From: Octopus vulgaris
Taxonomy: Eukaryota
Assembly (NCBI GenBank): GCA_951406725.2
Contig: OX597819.1
Location: forward strand, 44,454,001 to 44,518,000
Direction: 5' to 3'
DNA: 64,000 nucleotides
The position numbers and the translations under genes are program-made. Shown here in pieces: positions 11,531 through 25,756 of the stretch; the first letter of the stretch is position 1, and every line of letters starts with the position of its first letter. The notes under the pieces were generated by a model. It did not search any database and was not told where the DNA came from. It saw nothing but the letters and a program-made list of their open reading frames with translations.

Positions 11531-13997
11531 GAGATGCTAACTCGTATCTTCCGACATAAAAAGTGTTGCAATAATGATGCCATTTGAACCAATGTTGTAA
11601 AACTACATTTGCTTGGTTTATTTTCAATTCGTGAACGGAATTGAAAAAAAGGGAGGTAACAGCACTTGAATTTCATCCGATGTAGTGAAGGGTATCTTTA
11701 TATTAAATCTCCGATCTATATTTGCTTTGATGAGATTTAATTCCGAGTGGTGTAATAAGAAATTGCTATAAACTGATGTTGGGATAAATATTACGTCAGT
11801 GAAGCGATATTTTAAGGGTGCTGTTCAGAATTCTGATATATTTCTTTTATCTTTATTTGTTTTCCCAAATCAAGCATTTGGTGATAGGTTAATGGTAAAA
11901 ACATTTGATCTGGATCAAGGAAGCATCCAGTTCGTTCGTAGTCAGCTTAACTCGAGTGTGTTTTTGTATATTTGTGTATTTGTGTATGTACGAACGCGTG
12001 TGTAGTTGTGTATGTATGAAGGCGTATGCATTTGTGTAAGTATGTATGTATGAATGCTGTAGAGAAGTAGAGATGGTGTTGGTGTATCTGTTCATGTACT
12101 TAAATATAAGGATATGCGAATGGTTGGGTGTTGAAAAACGTCTAATCAACGACATCAAACAAATGGGTAAATGGGAAATGTTAACTGACCAAAATAGTAA
12201 TGAGAGTCTGATCACACATTCGAATAACTATAGTAACTTCCATTTCGACGGTATTCTGCTATGATACGTTTATTTGATAAATCCGCTCTCTGAACTTCTG
12301 TTGATGATTCATACAGTCGGTTATAATTTAGTTTTAGTTAGCTATAGCGGCAAGGAGACGCTGTTATACTGCAGTACGCATGTGCAGTGAGCATCATAGT
12401 GAAGTTACTAGACACAGACGATACGGTTGACAAACAGACGCTGGAACTCTGTTTGTGCAATGTTGAATAAACTTTTAACTAAAATTCTCAATTAATTCTA
12501 GTAAACCTCTTCGTAGACACTCGGTTAGCCACGTTTGCAGTCTTTTAAAATTGTACACAGTTGATAGTGTAGTTAGTTTATCAGCAGGAAAAAAAATGAC
12601 TGGATGGCCATGACTGGAATGGCGTACATGATTCGTCTGACTGATCAAGGCTAACTTAGAACTGAACAAGAATAACAAGGTCCATAAACTATGCACTTTT
12701 CCTGCGTTGGTTTCTGTTGCATTTAGATGTCGAAAGAACATGTTCTTAAACAGGACACTAATACTGAGTGAAATAACAACGAGAATATTGACAGAGGAGG
12801 AGGCATATCTTCAAATAAAAACGAGAGAGAGAGAGAAGGTGGGAAGAGAAAAAGAGCGTTGGGGTGAAAAATGAGAGAAAGAGCGACGAGGTGAAAGAGG
12901 AGAAAAGGAGAGAGAAAAAGAGGGAGAGAGAAGGAAGGGGAGAGAGAGGAGAGGCTGAGAGAGAAAATGAAAGCGGAGAAAGGAAGAGAAGAGAGAACGT
13001 ATGGCTAAGCATTAGTTGCAACCAGGCGCTTGTCAATAATGTTTAGAAGGTGAAAGGTCAACAGATTCAAGAGGAAGTTTCTGATATTGTTGAGAGAGAA
13101 AGGTTGACGCAAATCTGTTAGAGAAATCGCTATATTTACGGGGGCGTGGGGACAGATAATCAGACATGTGTGTGTGTGTGTGTATTTGTGTCTTTGTTTG
13201 CCCCTCTCCTCAACCGAGTGATAACCGGTGTTGGTGTGTTTACGCCACTGTAAATGCGCTACTAGGCCAGAAAGAGCGATAGAATGTGTCAGGCTTTCAA
13301 ACTATAAATACTGGGATAGATTTCTTCGAAAAGAAATTCCTCTAGGCAGTGTCCCAGCATGACTGCAGTATAATGACTGAAAAAAGTAAAAGTAAAAAAC
13401 AACGGTACATACATATGTGTATATACATCTGTCTATCTCACTCCCTCCCTTGTTCTTCATCCTTTCTGGTTTTCTCTCCCACCCTTCGCTATATTTCTCC
13501 TCTCCGCTTCACCGTTCCCTCTCTCTCACTCTTTCTCCTTGGCTCTCACGTCGCTGACACGTAGCTGTTCATTTCCTTCCTAAAGACAACATGTGCTTAT
13601 ACCTGTCTCCTCTCATAAGCTCGTCTTCCTAGCGTTCATAGTAATTTTACTATCGTCTTGGCTTAACAGCCCTCATCGTTTGTTTTTACTGTCTTGTTCT
13701 CACTGTCCTGTTCGTTTTACCACTTCCACCCTCCGCAAAATAATCCCAAATTTTATTTAACTTACTTTGCGGGAAGGACAGTTTCAACGAAGTCGCGTGT
13801 TGTCCTTGTCTTTGAAACGTGGAGTAGATGAAACAGCGACAACTGAAGAAGGGGAATATTCTTTATGTTGCATGTCTCGTTTCTCTGTTTTGTCTTTCGT
13901 TGTTCGAAAAAAAGTTCGTTTACCATGTTTTTGTTTTTGTTTTTGTTTCTCATTGTGTTCAACGGTTCTTTGATGTCCTGTATCTATATATGCATGC

Positions 13998-14040
<43 letters not shown>

Positions 14041-14158
14041 TATATGTATGTATATATGCTTCAACAACGACCTCCAGACGACTTCAGAATCTCCTACAAC
14101 TCTTCTCTGGCGGCAGTCTAACCATTGCACCCTGTATATATATATATATATATACATA

Positions 14159-15302
<1,144 letters not shown>

Positions 15303-15801
15303 TGAAAGGGCTCTTAGAGACTGTTCTCCTTTGTCTAGTCCTCAAAATTGGCGAAGTGGAGGCAATGGTAGAAAATACGCTAAGTACTACATAGTCGGAT
15401 GAATCCTGAAGTAAGCCCCTTAACCAGACGGTCATGTCTTTCTAATCTAAACATAAAAGTACATATTTTGCGTGAAGCGACAGTTGACGCAATTTATATC
15501 ATCAGTCCTAGAAAGGGTAGGAGACGGGATTGACTCCTGCACAACTTGAACCGATAATATAAAGGGTCGTAACTAAATACCGTAAATATTTTTGTCCCGC
15601 ACTCAGATGGTTCTACCCATTCACCGTAATTATGATTTTATTTTTTACTCGAGGTTTTGCCATATATTATTCGTGCTATTTGTGACCGACATTTAAGAAA
15701 TGGACGTTTTGGTAAAGGCGCAGGTGTGGCTGCGTGGTTGGGAAGCTTGCTTCCCAAACACGTGGTTAGTTGCAGCGTTAGTGTAATAAATATTATCAAT
15801 A

Positions 15802-16219
15802 GGCGTAGGAGTGGCTGTGTGGTAAGTAGCTTGCTTACCAACCACATGGTTCCGGGTTCAGTCCCACTGTGTGGCATCTTGGGCAAGTGTCTTCTACTAT
15901 ACCCTCGAGCAGACTAATGCCTTGTGAATGGATTTGGTAGACGGAAATTGAAAGAAGACCGTCATATATATGTATATATATATGTATGTGTGTGTATATG
16001 CGTGTGTGTCTGTGTTTATCCCCCAACATCGCTTGACAACCGATGGTGGTGTGTTTACGTCCCCGTAATTTAGCGGTTCGGCAAAAAGAGACCGATAGAA
16101 TAAGTACTAGGCTTACAAAGAATAAGTCCAGGGGTCGATTTGCTCGACTAAAGGCGGTGCTCCAGTATGGCCGCAGACGGATGGCTGAAACAAGTAAAAG
16201 AGTAAAAGAGTAAAGAGAG
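15802..16219 (+). mobile_element. tRNA-derived SINE family B, full length
   Basis: A-box TGGCTGTGTGG, B-box GGGTTCAGTCCC, internal TA/TG tract and (GTAAAAGA)n tail. Closely similar to 39954-40352 and 42830-43200. Confidence 0.9.
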
Positions 16220-17331
16220 TGACCACATATACTTAACACATCCAGTCAGTGTATTTGCCGGCAGGTTGCTACGGCGTGCTGGAGAATACTCTCTTAAAAC
16301 GCCGTGTGTTAAAACATCTTAGAGTGATGGACAGGCGAGAAAACTCACCTTTGATCCCATCTAGGAGTGATGGACATCGATGTTTCGCCATTTTACTGGT
16401 TTGTCAACATCACGTATCCGACAGGATTGGAGACGAATCATTTCGGTAGTTCACGATTTATGTGCTTATGGCGTGCAAAACTATGTAGGGTATGCCCCAT
16501 ACTCTGGTTACGTATGTGTTATTAGTGCTAGTTATTTATTTACTTTTTTATCTAGAGAGGATGGAAGACAATATTGATCCTTACAGAATTTGATTTCAAG
16601 AAGTAAAAAGACATAATTCAATATCTTAACGTGGTTTGCAGCTGTTTACAATCACTGTTTACATCTTTGATATGAATGATATCGTTTTCTAGCAGAGATA
16701 CAAGGCTGTACGTTTACAGGGGCAGGGGTGTAGTCATTTAAACCAACCCAGTACCTCATGTGTACTCAGGAAATATAAACCTTGTCAACTGTGAAAGTAG
16801 TTGAACTTAGAAGGTACAAACTGAATGAATGCAATTTACTGAATGAGCGCTCTATCACCTCTTTGTTTCATAACGATTACGACTTCTGATTGAGACACAA
16901 GACAAGATATTTCACAAAATGATAACGTTGCTTAAACTTCTCTCAGAATGAAACTGGCATTTTATTTCATCTATACTGGAACGATATATGGCAAAGTCGA
17001 CCTTTGTGGCGTTTGAACTCATCTGAAATTGACTATACCAGTTATTCTTGCCCATAAACTAGTGGTTGTTTAATGAATCCTTTTAAAGTGTCTACGGGTT
17101 TGTCTCAATATATATTACTGCTATTACACCGTATAATGAAATTTTATTTATTTATTTATTTTTGGCAAGTAAGTGTTAATTTCTATTTGCTTCTATCTAG
17201 AAATCAAAAGAAATGACTATTATTTCCTTCAAACTTTGCTTTTGTGACCGTGATATCAATGTTTTGAAACTGACCTATTTTCCATTACATTTAAGGCAGA
17301 TTCAGTGCTGAGTTGTTGAAGTAGAAATATC

Positions 17332-17543
17332 CTTTTCTAGTCTAGGCACAAGGCCCGACATTTTTGGGGAGGAGGTCACTCGGTTAACACTGCGCAACTA
17401 GCAGTGGTAATCGACTTATTTATCGACCCCAAAGGGATAAAAGGCAAAGTCGGCCTCAGAATTTGAATTCAGAACATAGAGACAGACGAAATACTGCTAA
17501 GCATTTCGCCAGGCGTGCTAGCGTTTCTTCCAGCTCGCCGCCT
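17332..17543 (-). mobile_element. SINE family A, older tail variant
   Basis: Head ends CAGCTCGCCGCC on the plus strand; core and old tail (CTAGGCACAAGGCCCGA..TTTTGGGGA) present. Confidence 0.8.
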
Positions 17544-19032
17544 TTTAAAGCGGAAATATCGTTATAGCAAATATATCCTGGTCGATACTAGAGTTTTGCT
17601 TGTCATTTGCTTGACCCTAACTACTTGAGTATTTCCCTTAGTAGCTGACAATATGTGTATCTCTGATCATGTGCAGGAGTAGTGAGGAAGCATCACAGAC
17701 ATATAATGAGAAGGATTCTTTCGGGTTTGTATAAATGTAACAAATGCAAAATTTGAAGGAAATATTAGCTATTTTTTATACTTTCTAGGGGTAAACAAAT
17801 AAGAAATAACAGTTGCGACCCATGTACAAATATCATGTCACACAGTGTTATTTGTGAGTGAATGTATAAGGTGGTGAACTGGCAGAATCGTTAGCTCGAG
17901 GGAAAGTATACTGAGCAATATTTCTTCCGGCTAATACGTTCTGAGTTCAAATCTCATTTGTGTCAGCTGTGCCTTTCGTCCTGTATGGGTCGATAAAATA
18001 AGTACCAGTTGAGGTCTAAGTCAAAACTGCTGACCTTGTACTAAAATTAGAAAGAAATTTTTGTGAATAAAGATCGATGGCTATCACTTGTAATGTTATC
18101 GCTTAAATCATTTGAGCCTAAAATATGTCTTAAGAAATCATTACTGTGAGTGAGAACTCATTAAATTCCTGCCAAACAAATCTGTGAACTATTTGCAATT
18201 CAGGATGTCATTCGTCCACTTTATAATGAATTTCTCTCGTGCTTTTATGAGCGGCTTACTTGTATATATATATATATAAGATATACAAGATATTTAATTA
18301 GATTCATAAGAAGTAACTAATATGTTAGTTTAATCTGTTGCAGACCAATTTAGATCAATCGTTCTACCTTTATGATAAGGAACCTGATGAAAAATAAATG
18401 TATATAAATGAAAAAAAAAAACGGGAAAAAGAAATATCCGTGTGTAAGTAAATCGATGGATATGAAAAGGAGTTAATATATTTTGGTATGGAAACAAAAC
18501 TGAACCTTTTACGAAGTTGCAGCCCAATATAACTGTTATGCAAGCTAGAAATGTAATATGGCGAAATGTAAATTTGGTGGTCTCTGCTACTGTTTGACTG
18601 TAGAATAGGAAGAGATTGGAAATTAAAGAAAGCTGTGAAGTAAGAAAATTTGAAGGAAAGAAAAGAGTAATGAAAGAAATGAAAAAGGAATTAGAGGTTA
18701 AGAAGTAAAGTTTGAAAGAAGCAAAATTGTGGAAGATTAAGGAAAATTAATAAAAGAAATAATTAGGAAAAGAAATTTACAAAGAATGATTAAAGAAGAA
18801 TAAATATTTGAATGAAAGGGGGTAAAAATAGCAAAGTATAAAAAGAATGAAACTTAATATTTAAAAAACGAAAATGTAAAGGAAGTGAAAAATAGTGAAA
18901 GAGTAAATGAGATAAAGAAGAGGAAATGAAAGAAAAGAACGAAAGACTGAAGAAAAGAAAAGATGAAAAGAAACGAAGACGGAAACAAACAAGCATTGCA
19001 CCAAAAGAAAAAAAGAAAAAATTACCCCCCCC

Positions 19033-19073
<41 letters not shown>

Positions 19074-19489
19074 CAGATGTGCGTGTGCGTGCGTGTATGT
19101 ATGTATATGTATGTGTATTTCACATTCACGGAATACATATATTTTTTTAGGGTTTTATGCAATTTACATATCGTCATATACCTCTCATTCATTGGTTTTT
19201 TTCTTTCGTTTATCCCTCCTCTTTCTATATGCTACCTTTTGCGTTATATCCTCTAATGTTTTTTTTTAAAAAACTTAATAGCGTTCATTTCATCATTTTA
19301 CATTTCCATCATATTCTGTTAAAATGTCTTATTGACAAGTTTTATTTCTTCATTTCTCTGAAGAGATTTCATTGTTTTACACCATTTTATTCCTTCGGAA
19401 TAATACCAGTGATATCTTCGAAACATGTGTCGGAGGTAAAAGTATTTCAATAACACTTGCGTTTAACTCCATTTATATATATATATCTT

Positions 19490-19535
<46 letters not shown>

Positions 19536-21524
19536 TACTTATATATGCATGTGTACGTGTGTGTGTGTGCATTTGTATGTGTATACGTATATCTCTGTAT
19601 GCACAAGAAGATGCATTAATTCATAATCATATTTCTTTCTTCTATAGACACAAGACCTGAAATATTTGTGGGCAGCGGTCCATTATATCGACTCCAGTAC
19701 TTTAATTGTACTTTATTTTATTGTTCCCGAAAGTGTAAAAAAGGCAAAGTCGACCTCGGCAGTTATTGAAACTAGTTAATCATACTGAAGTGCAGTTGTG
19801 TATGCCTATGTTTGTCTATACATGTGTGAATGTATCTCGAAGAACTTTGTAGGGACGTCAAAGAAGCAACATGTTCTGCTTCCTTTGAAATATTTGAGTT
19901 GCCATATTGAAAGCATCGAAATTGGTTTGTGGAGAATAACTTTGAAATCAAGCTTCATTTCGATAGATTGTAAAAAGACTTTAAGTATTGGGACATATGT
20001 GAAGAAAAAGTATCAAGTAAATAAAAAGAATTAATCTGAGAACCAATAGGCCAGTAGAAATATATTTAAGCAATATGAGAAGCATTATGAACAGTTTACA
20101 ACCCCGTGGTTGCAGACTGTGATTCAGTCAGCAATCACGGTGTATGCTATTAAGGTATTTTACGATATTTCAATTTGTCCCTTGGACAAGCTTCAAAATA
20201 TCTGACAATCAAATATTTAAGTATTAAGGAAGCTGAACTTCTAGGCGTGTGTAGAGACGAGTCTTTTCAATAGATATGAAAGCTGGAGTACGAATAAGAA
20301 ACTTTTAAATCTCTTTCATGTTACGTATAGCGGGCTTCCAATATGAACTCAAAATAACAAATGGTGTGACACACGAGACCAAAGAGATTATGGACATATT
20401 CGATACACTTCTACTATTGTTTCTCAATCATCTTATATGATTTACACACCAGCCCATATAAGATGTTATATTGTAGATACTTATGTACCTCTAATAGAAT
20501 ACGAAGGCTACTAAACTACATTGACCCTATTAGCAGAGACAAATGAAGCAATTTGAAATTAATTACCAGGCAGATCGAATCGTGGGGCAGAGATTCCTGG
20601 AGTGACATGGTGAAACCCATTATAATTGTAGTGAAAATAAAAGAAGGTATATAAAAGGTCAGTGAGCCACAGTTCTTTAGGTTATTGCCTCCTCTGATTA
20701 CTGAAAACGTGTTTGTCTGTCGGAGGGACGACGATGTGACCAAGTGCTGCATGCCCTCAGCTTCTCTCTCTCGTCCCTGACCATCTTCAGTCCAGTCGCA
20801 AGACCACGCCAAGACGACTGGAAATGGAAATGGATGACCGACATGTCATATCTCATCTTGCTCTCTGTACATCACAATGTGCCTACCATTCCGTTAAGCC
20901 ATGAAGTTTTCTTTCGCAGGTCCGTCACATCCAGTCTTTACATGCACAGGTGGGCAAGCCCTGATATACAAAGTTACCCATTGCTGGGACCCTGCTAAGT
21001 GCTACTCCGGATCAGAGTAGGTTTGGGAACAGTAGTGGCTAAGGGGGAGCTCTACATTCCTTCTCAGAACACCGGAACTTTCGAACCAGGGTTCCAAGAA
21101 CAGTTTAAGACCAAACTCAGAGTACTTACTGATGATACAAACAAAAAATCGCATTTAGTTCAGCCAGCATTTTTTCAATGTGTTTAAAGATGAGACAAAC
21201 ATGATAGCTGAATAAAATAAGATTTTACAAAAATGTAAGAACTTTTTAAATACTGACTCTGATTCAATAAGCATACATTCAATCTCGCTGTCTACAGAGG
21301 TATTTTCATCAAATCACGGGGATCACTGTACAGAATGAATTCGGGAACTGCACGACTAGTTTCGTGTACGTATTGCCATCTAATAGGGTGTGTGTTTATT
21401 TGTATTCGTCATACAGGGAAAGCCAGCTGCTTCCAGCTTACATATAAGAGTACAACGAGTAACTGACTTCGGTTTTACTCATTTACGTGGTGATGTATTT
21501 AGCGGTAGGTTGTATTAAATAATA

Positions 21525-21579
<55 letters not shown>

Positions 21580-21938
21580 GGTTATGAGAGATAATTGTGT
21601 CAGTAGGACACCATTACTTCTCATAAGGTGTCAGGAAATGCTGAGTAAGTGCTATGGTTAGACCATACTTAAGCTCCAGGTTGCTTAACCATTTTCTCAC
21701 ACCGTCTCCGATGTACGGTTATAAAAAATATCCTGGAAACAGCTGTAAGGCCTTCTATTTATAAATGTTCTAAAATCTTCACAGCCTTGGTTGGGTTTTT
21801 TTATCTCATTCGGAAAAAAATTTACATATATATATATATATGTGTGTGTGTGTAAGTATGTGTATGTATATACAAACATGCATACATACACATACAAATA
21901 CACAAACACACATGCACACACACATACACGCACACACA

Positions 21939-21980
<42 letters not shown>

Positions 21981-22334
21981 GAGGCTCACAAATATACAGT
22001 CAAACTTATATATAACATATAAGTAAAATTTTGAAGTCTGTTATGTTGAAGTGAATGAGATAATGTGAGTGAAAAAAGCGATAATTCGTTTTGTGTTGCA
22101 TTTAAAATATTTTTTTTCAAGAAAAAGGCAAAAGCGGTTAAAGAAAAATATCTTTGATGTAAGTCTCAACTTAAAGAAAGTCATTAGACTGTCAACCAGC
22201 TGCAAAACGGAATGTAATTTTTCATTTCGATCCTACTAAGAAAAGGCTGAGGCAAAGCAAAATAATCAAGGAATATTAGTTACGCCGATAAGAGAAAATT
22301 ATTATTCTTGTTTTACAAAAATTTGAAATAAATA

Positions 22335-22365
<31 letters not shown>

Positions 22366-22898
22366 CAACCAAGTATAGAAACTAAAAATCTAAAATAAAG
22401 TAAAATACAAAAACATGAAAAAACATGAAAACAGAAATTAAAGATCTAGTCTGAATTAGTTTTAGCGTACCGGAAGTAGCATAGGTACATATATACATAT
22501 ATACATACTTGCATATCTATCTATGGATCTCTAAATACGCACACACACACACACACGTTTTGTGCTTCTATTTTCGCTCAAGCTTAGCCAAGAACCTCTC
22601 TTTCTGTATTGCTCTCTCATTCAACTGGGTTTTGGTTCTCCCCTCTCTCTAGTGTCGTGGACTGTATTTTTTCTTATATAAATGTTTTGCCAGTCTTTTT
22701 TTTTGTTTTTTGCCAAGGTTTATTGTACTTGTGACATTCTATCGCTCATCTTCGCTTTTATATACTCCAGCAGCTTTTGCTGTTGACGCCACCACGTTGA
22801 ACAATATTGTCGATGAGGCATAAAAATTGTGATGATTTTTGGTCTACAACTGAAGTGGGATATGTGGCTCTACATCCTTTGTGTACTTATATTTATAC

Positions 22899-22929
<31 letters not shown>

Positions 22930-22976
22930 GATGTATAGGTGTATATATTATTGTGTGTATATATTTTTACTCAGAA

Positions 22977-23035
22977 GGCGCAGACGTGTCTGTGTGGTAA
23001 GTAGCTAGCTTACCAACCATATGGTTCCGGGTTCA
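22977..23035 (+). mobile_element. SINE B head only, truncated within the B box
   Basis: GGCGCAGACGTGTCTGTGTGGTAAGTAGCTAGCTTACCAACCATATGGTTCCGGGTTCA matches the first ~60 nt of 39954, then runs straight into the VNTR. Confidence 0.85.
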
Positions 23036-24107
23036 AGCCAAAAGGAGAGCAAGCAAAAGGAGAGCAAGCCAAAAGGAGAGCAAGCTAAATAGAGAGCAAG
23101 CCAAATAGAGAGCAAGCCAACTGTAGAGGAGGCTAGCTGGGGAGCAGCAGGTCAGCTGGAGAGCAGCAGGCCAACTGGAAAGCAAGCCAGCTCGAGAGCA
23201 GGCCAACTGGGTAAGCTGGGGAGCAGGCCAACTGGAGAGCTGGCAAGCTGGAGAAAAGGCCATCTGGAGAGCAAGCCAAAAGGAGAGCAGGCCAAATGGA
23301 GAGCAAGCCAAAAGGAGAGCAAGCCAACTGTAGAGGAGGCCAGCTGGGGAGCAGCAGGCCGACTGGGGAGAAGGCCAGCTAGAGAGGAGGCCAGCTGGAG
23401 AGCAGCAGGCCAACTGGAGAGCAGGCCAGCTGGAGAGCAGCAGTCCAACTGGAGAGCAGGCAAGCTCGAGAGCAGGCCAACTGGGTAAGCTGGGGAGTAG
23501 GCCAACTGGAGAGCCAGCCAACTTGAGAGCAAGCCAAAAGGAAAGCAAAAAGAAGAGAAAGTCCATTGGAGAGCAAGTCAAAAAGAGAGGAAGCCAAATG
23601 GAGAGCAAGACAAAAAGAGAGCAAACCAACTGGAGAGCAAGCCAACTGGAGAGCAAGACAACAGGAGATAAAGCCAAAAGGAGAGCAACAGGCCAGCTGG
23701 AGAGCAGCAGGCCAACTGGAGAGCAGGCCAGCTGGAGAGCAATCCAGCTGGAGAGCAGGCAAGCTGAAGAGCAGAGAAGCTGGAGAGCAGGCGAACTGGA
23801 GAACAAGCAAAAGGGGAGCAAGCCAACTGGAGAGCAAGCCAAAAAAAGTAGAGCAGGCCAGCTAGAGAGCAGGCCAACTGGAGAGCAGGCAAGCTTGGGA
23901 GCAGGCTAAATGGAGAGCAGGCAAGCTGGAGAAAAGGAGAGCAAGCCAAATTGAGAGCAAGCCAAAAGAAGAGCAAGCCCAATGGAGCAAGCCAACTGGA
24001 GAGCAGGCCAGCTGGTGAGCAGCAGGCCAGCTGGAGAGCAGCAGGACAACTGGAGAGCAGGCCAGCTGGTGAGCAGGCCAACTGGAGAGCAGGCCAACTG
24101 GAGAGCA
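23034..24107. repeat. Purine-rich minisatellite/VNTR, ~16-bp unit (GGAGAGCAGGCCAACT / GGAGAGCAAGCCAAAA) with 19-bp (+CAG) variants
   Basis: Directly visible, ~1.07 kb, with blocks of variant units repeated. Confidence 0.92.
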
Positions 24108-24119
24108 TAGAGCACATGT

Positions 24120-24307
24120 GTATTACATTCAGGATAAAGTATGAAGGACAGGTAAGTGATGCTAGCGGATGGGGCCGTTAGCATCACATTCATTTTTCAT
24201 TTATCATTTTCATATTTCATTTTCCATATTTATGTAATTGTGATGTTTTATGTCCCCAATGTTTGTATTGTCCCCTCTGTGTAGCCCTTTATGGGTAAAA
24301 AAGAAAC
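24120..24307 (+). mobile_element. Non-LTR 3' UTR/tail of the same type as the 4979 LINE and SINE A
   Basis: Hairpin GTGATGCTAGCGG-ATGGGG-CCGTTAGCATCAC, then a T-rich stretch, then TTGTCCCCTCTGTGTAGCCCTTTATGGGTAAAAAAGAAAC. Confidence 0.6.
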
Positions 24308-24326
24308 GATGTGTTCTCTGTAAAAA

Positions 24327-24409
24327 CATCCTGACGAGGGGAGTGTCAATTTTAAATATATGATATGTTTCATATTAATTGGTGCATCTCCGAAATTCAT
24401 CCGTAGATG
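24327..24409 (+). ncRNA. Putative minimal type I hammerhead ribozyme (Penelope-like relic)
   Basis: CATC-CTGACGA-[GGGGA..TCTCC extended stem II]-GAAA-TTCATCC-GTA-GATG. Intact core, stem I CATC/GATG, GUA cleavage triplet, minimal stem III. Confidence 0.55.
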
Positions 24410-24541
24410 AACTTTTATGTATTTTTGTAAGTGTGTATATTTATCTTCTATGTATTTTTCTCCAGAATTTTAATTCGTCTTTTTAATATGTTATTGTATG
24501 TTTTATTACCCCAAATTTTTAATTTAACAAATTTATACCAA

Positions 24542-24582
24542 ACTAGCACTATAACCCGGCAACGCCGGGTCATAATGCTAGT
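24542..24582. repeat. 41-bp palindrome with a Helitron-like 3' terminus on both strands
   Basis: ACTAGCACTATAACCCGGC-AAC-GCCGGGTCATAATGCTAGT, arms 17/19 complementary; GC hairpin followed by CTAG-T. Confidence 0.6.
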
Positions 24583-24588
24583 ATATAG

Positions 24589-24650
<62 letters not shown>

Positions 24651-24980
24651 TAGTATATGTATGTGTGTGGGTTGGTGGGTGTACATATATCTATCGCTCA
24701 ATTTCTCTGTATCTATTTATTTATGTATATCTGTGTGCGTGTCTGGGTGTAAACAGTAGTTGGTTCAATTTGAGGCGAAGGGTTTTTTACCGGCTTTTTG
24801 TTTTATATGCAACATGCATAACTTTACCTCGAATTTTGTGAATTTCTATTTGTCTCGAAAATGCGTCCTTCGGGGAAACTTTATCCTGGATCTGTTTCTT
24901 TCATTAGCGCAGCGATAACACAATAAAATGCGACATATCTCCTGTTCCATAACACAAAATATGTTACGTTGAAAATGTCA

Positions 24981-25756
24981 TTACCTCCGCGAAGGAGGGA
25001 GGTAATGTTTTCATTGGCGTTGGTTTGTCCGTCTATTCGACTGTGTGCAAAATAACTCAAACATTTGTGAACGGTTCTTGATGAAACTTGCAGGAAAAGT
25101 TGGTAATGACACAAGGAACAGAAGATGAAATTTTGATAGTGATCTGGGAATTTTTATGGATTCTTGCAGGATTTTTCATTTGTTATATTTACTTTACATG
25201 AAATATTAGTGTTGCGTTCCTTGAAAACACATCGTTTCCACGTCACCTATGGTGGCATCTCTGTTTAGAGATAGTGTTGATGATGACGATGGTCGAGATA
25301 AGTATGGGAGGAGGATAAAATAGTATCGGTGGTTATAAATGGGATAGGAGCGGTGTGATGTATGATGCTGAAGTGATGATGATAATAGTGGTGTTGATGA
25401 TTGTATTAGTTGTGTGACGGTGGTATTGCAGTGGTTATACTGGTTGTGGTGGTGAGAGTGACTGTCAAAAGTAACCGTGATGATAACGTTGATGGCGGTG
25501 TATGTGGTTGAAGTGGAAGCAATGACAATGCTGCTGATGATGTTGGTGGTTGTGAACTGCTTCAGATTATTTCTGTTTTTAAAGGTTCTTTTTTCTTAAA
25601 ATCATATAGCTGTGTTATTTTATTTTTAGCTCCGCCAAAGAGGTCATGTTTTAGCCGGCGTTGGTTTGGGAAATTGGGCGATTTTCAGCATGCTTGTATA
25701 TGGGTGGAAATGAGCTGCTTGGCGGAGGTCTGCGCTCTCCGAGTGCTTTCCTAGTT
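24981..25756 (+). mobile_element. Non-autonomous Helentron (HINE/DINE-1-like) element
   Basis: Subterminal inverted repeats ACCTCCGCGAA (24983) and TTGGCGGAGGT (25719), a 3' stem-loop GCGCTC-TCC-GAGTGC then CTAG, and TT flanks. A second internal 5'-end copy lies at ~25627. Confidence 0.72.

Noticed and set aside
13770-13850. Penelope-type hammerhead remnant (ACGAAG..GAAACGT); a similar trace lies at ~7918-7963
   Set aside because: The CUGA box is absent and the stems are not supportable.
19860-21110. Possible additional decayed LINE/SINE fragments (also ~32600-33300, 35260-35540 and 38040-38760)
   Set aside because: The composition suggests old TEs, but I could not read a diagnostic motif with confidence.
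23033-24193. Overlapping ORFs up to 269 aa on both strands
   Set aside because: Artefacts of the 16/19-bp VNTR. The unit is not a multiple of three, so no frame is maintained.
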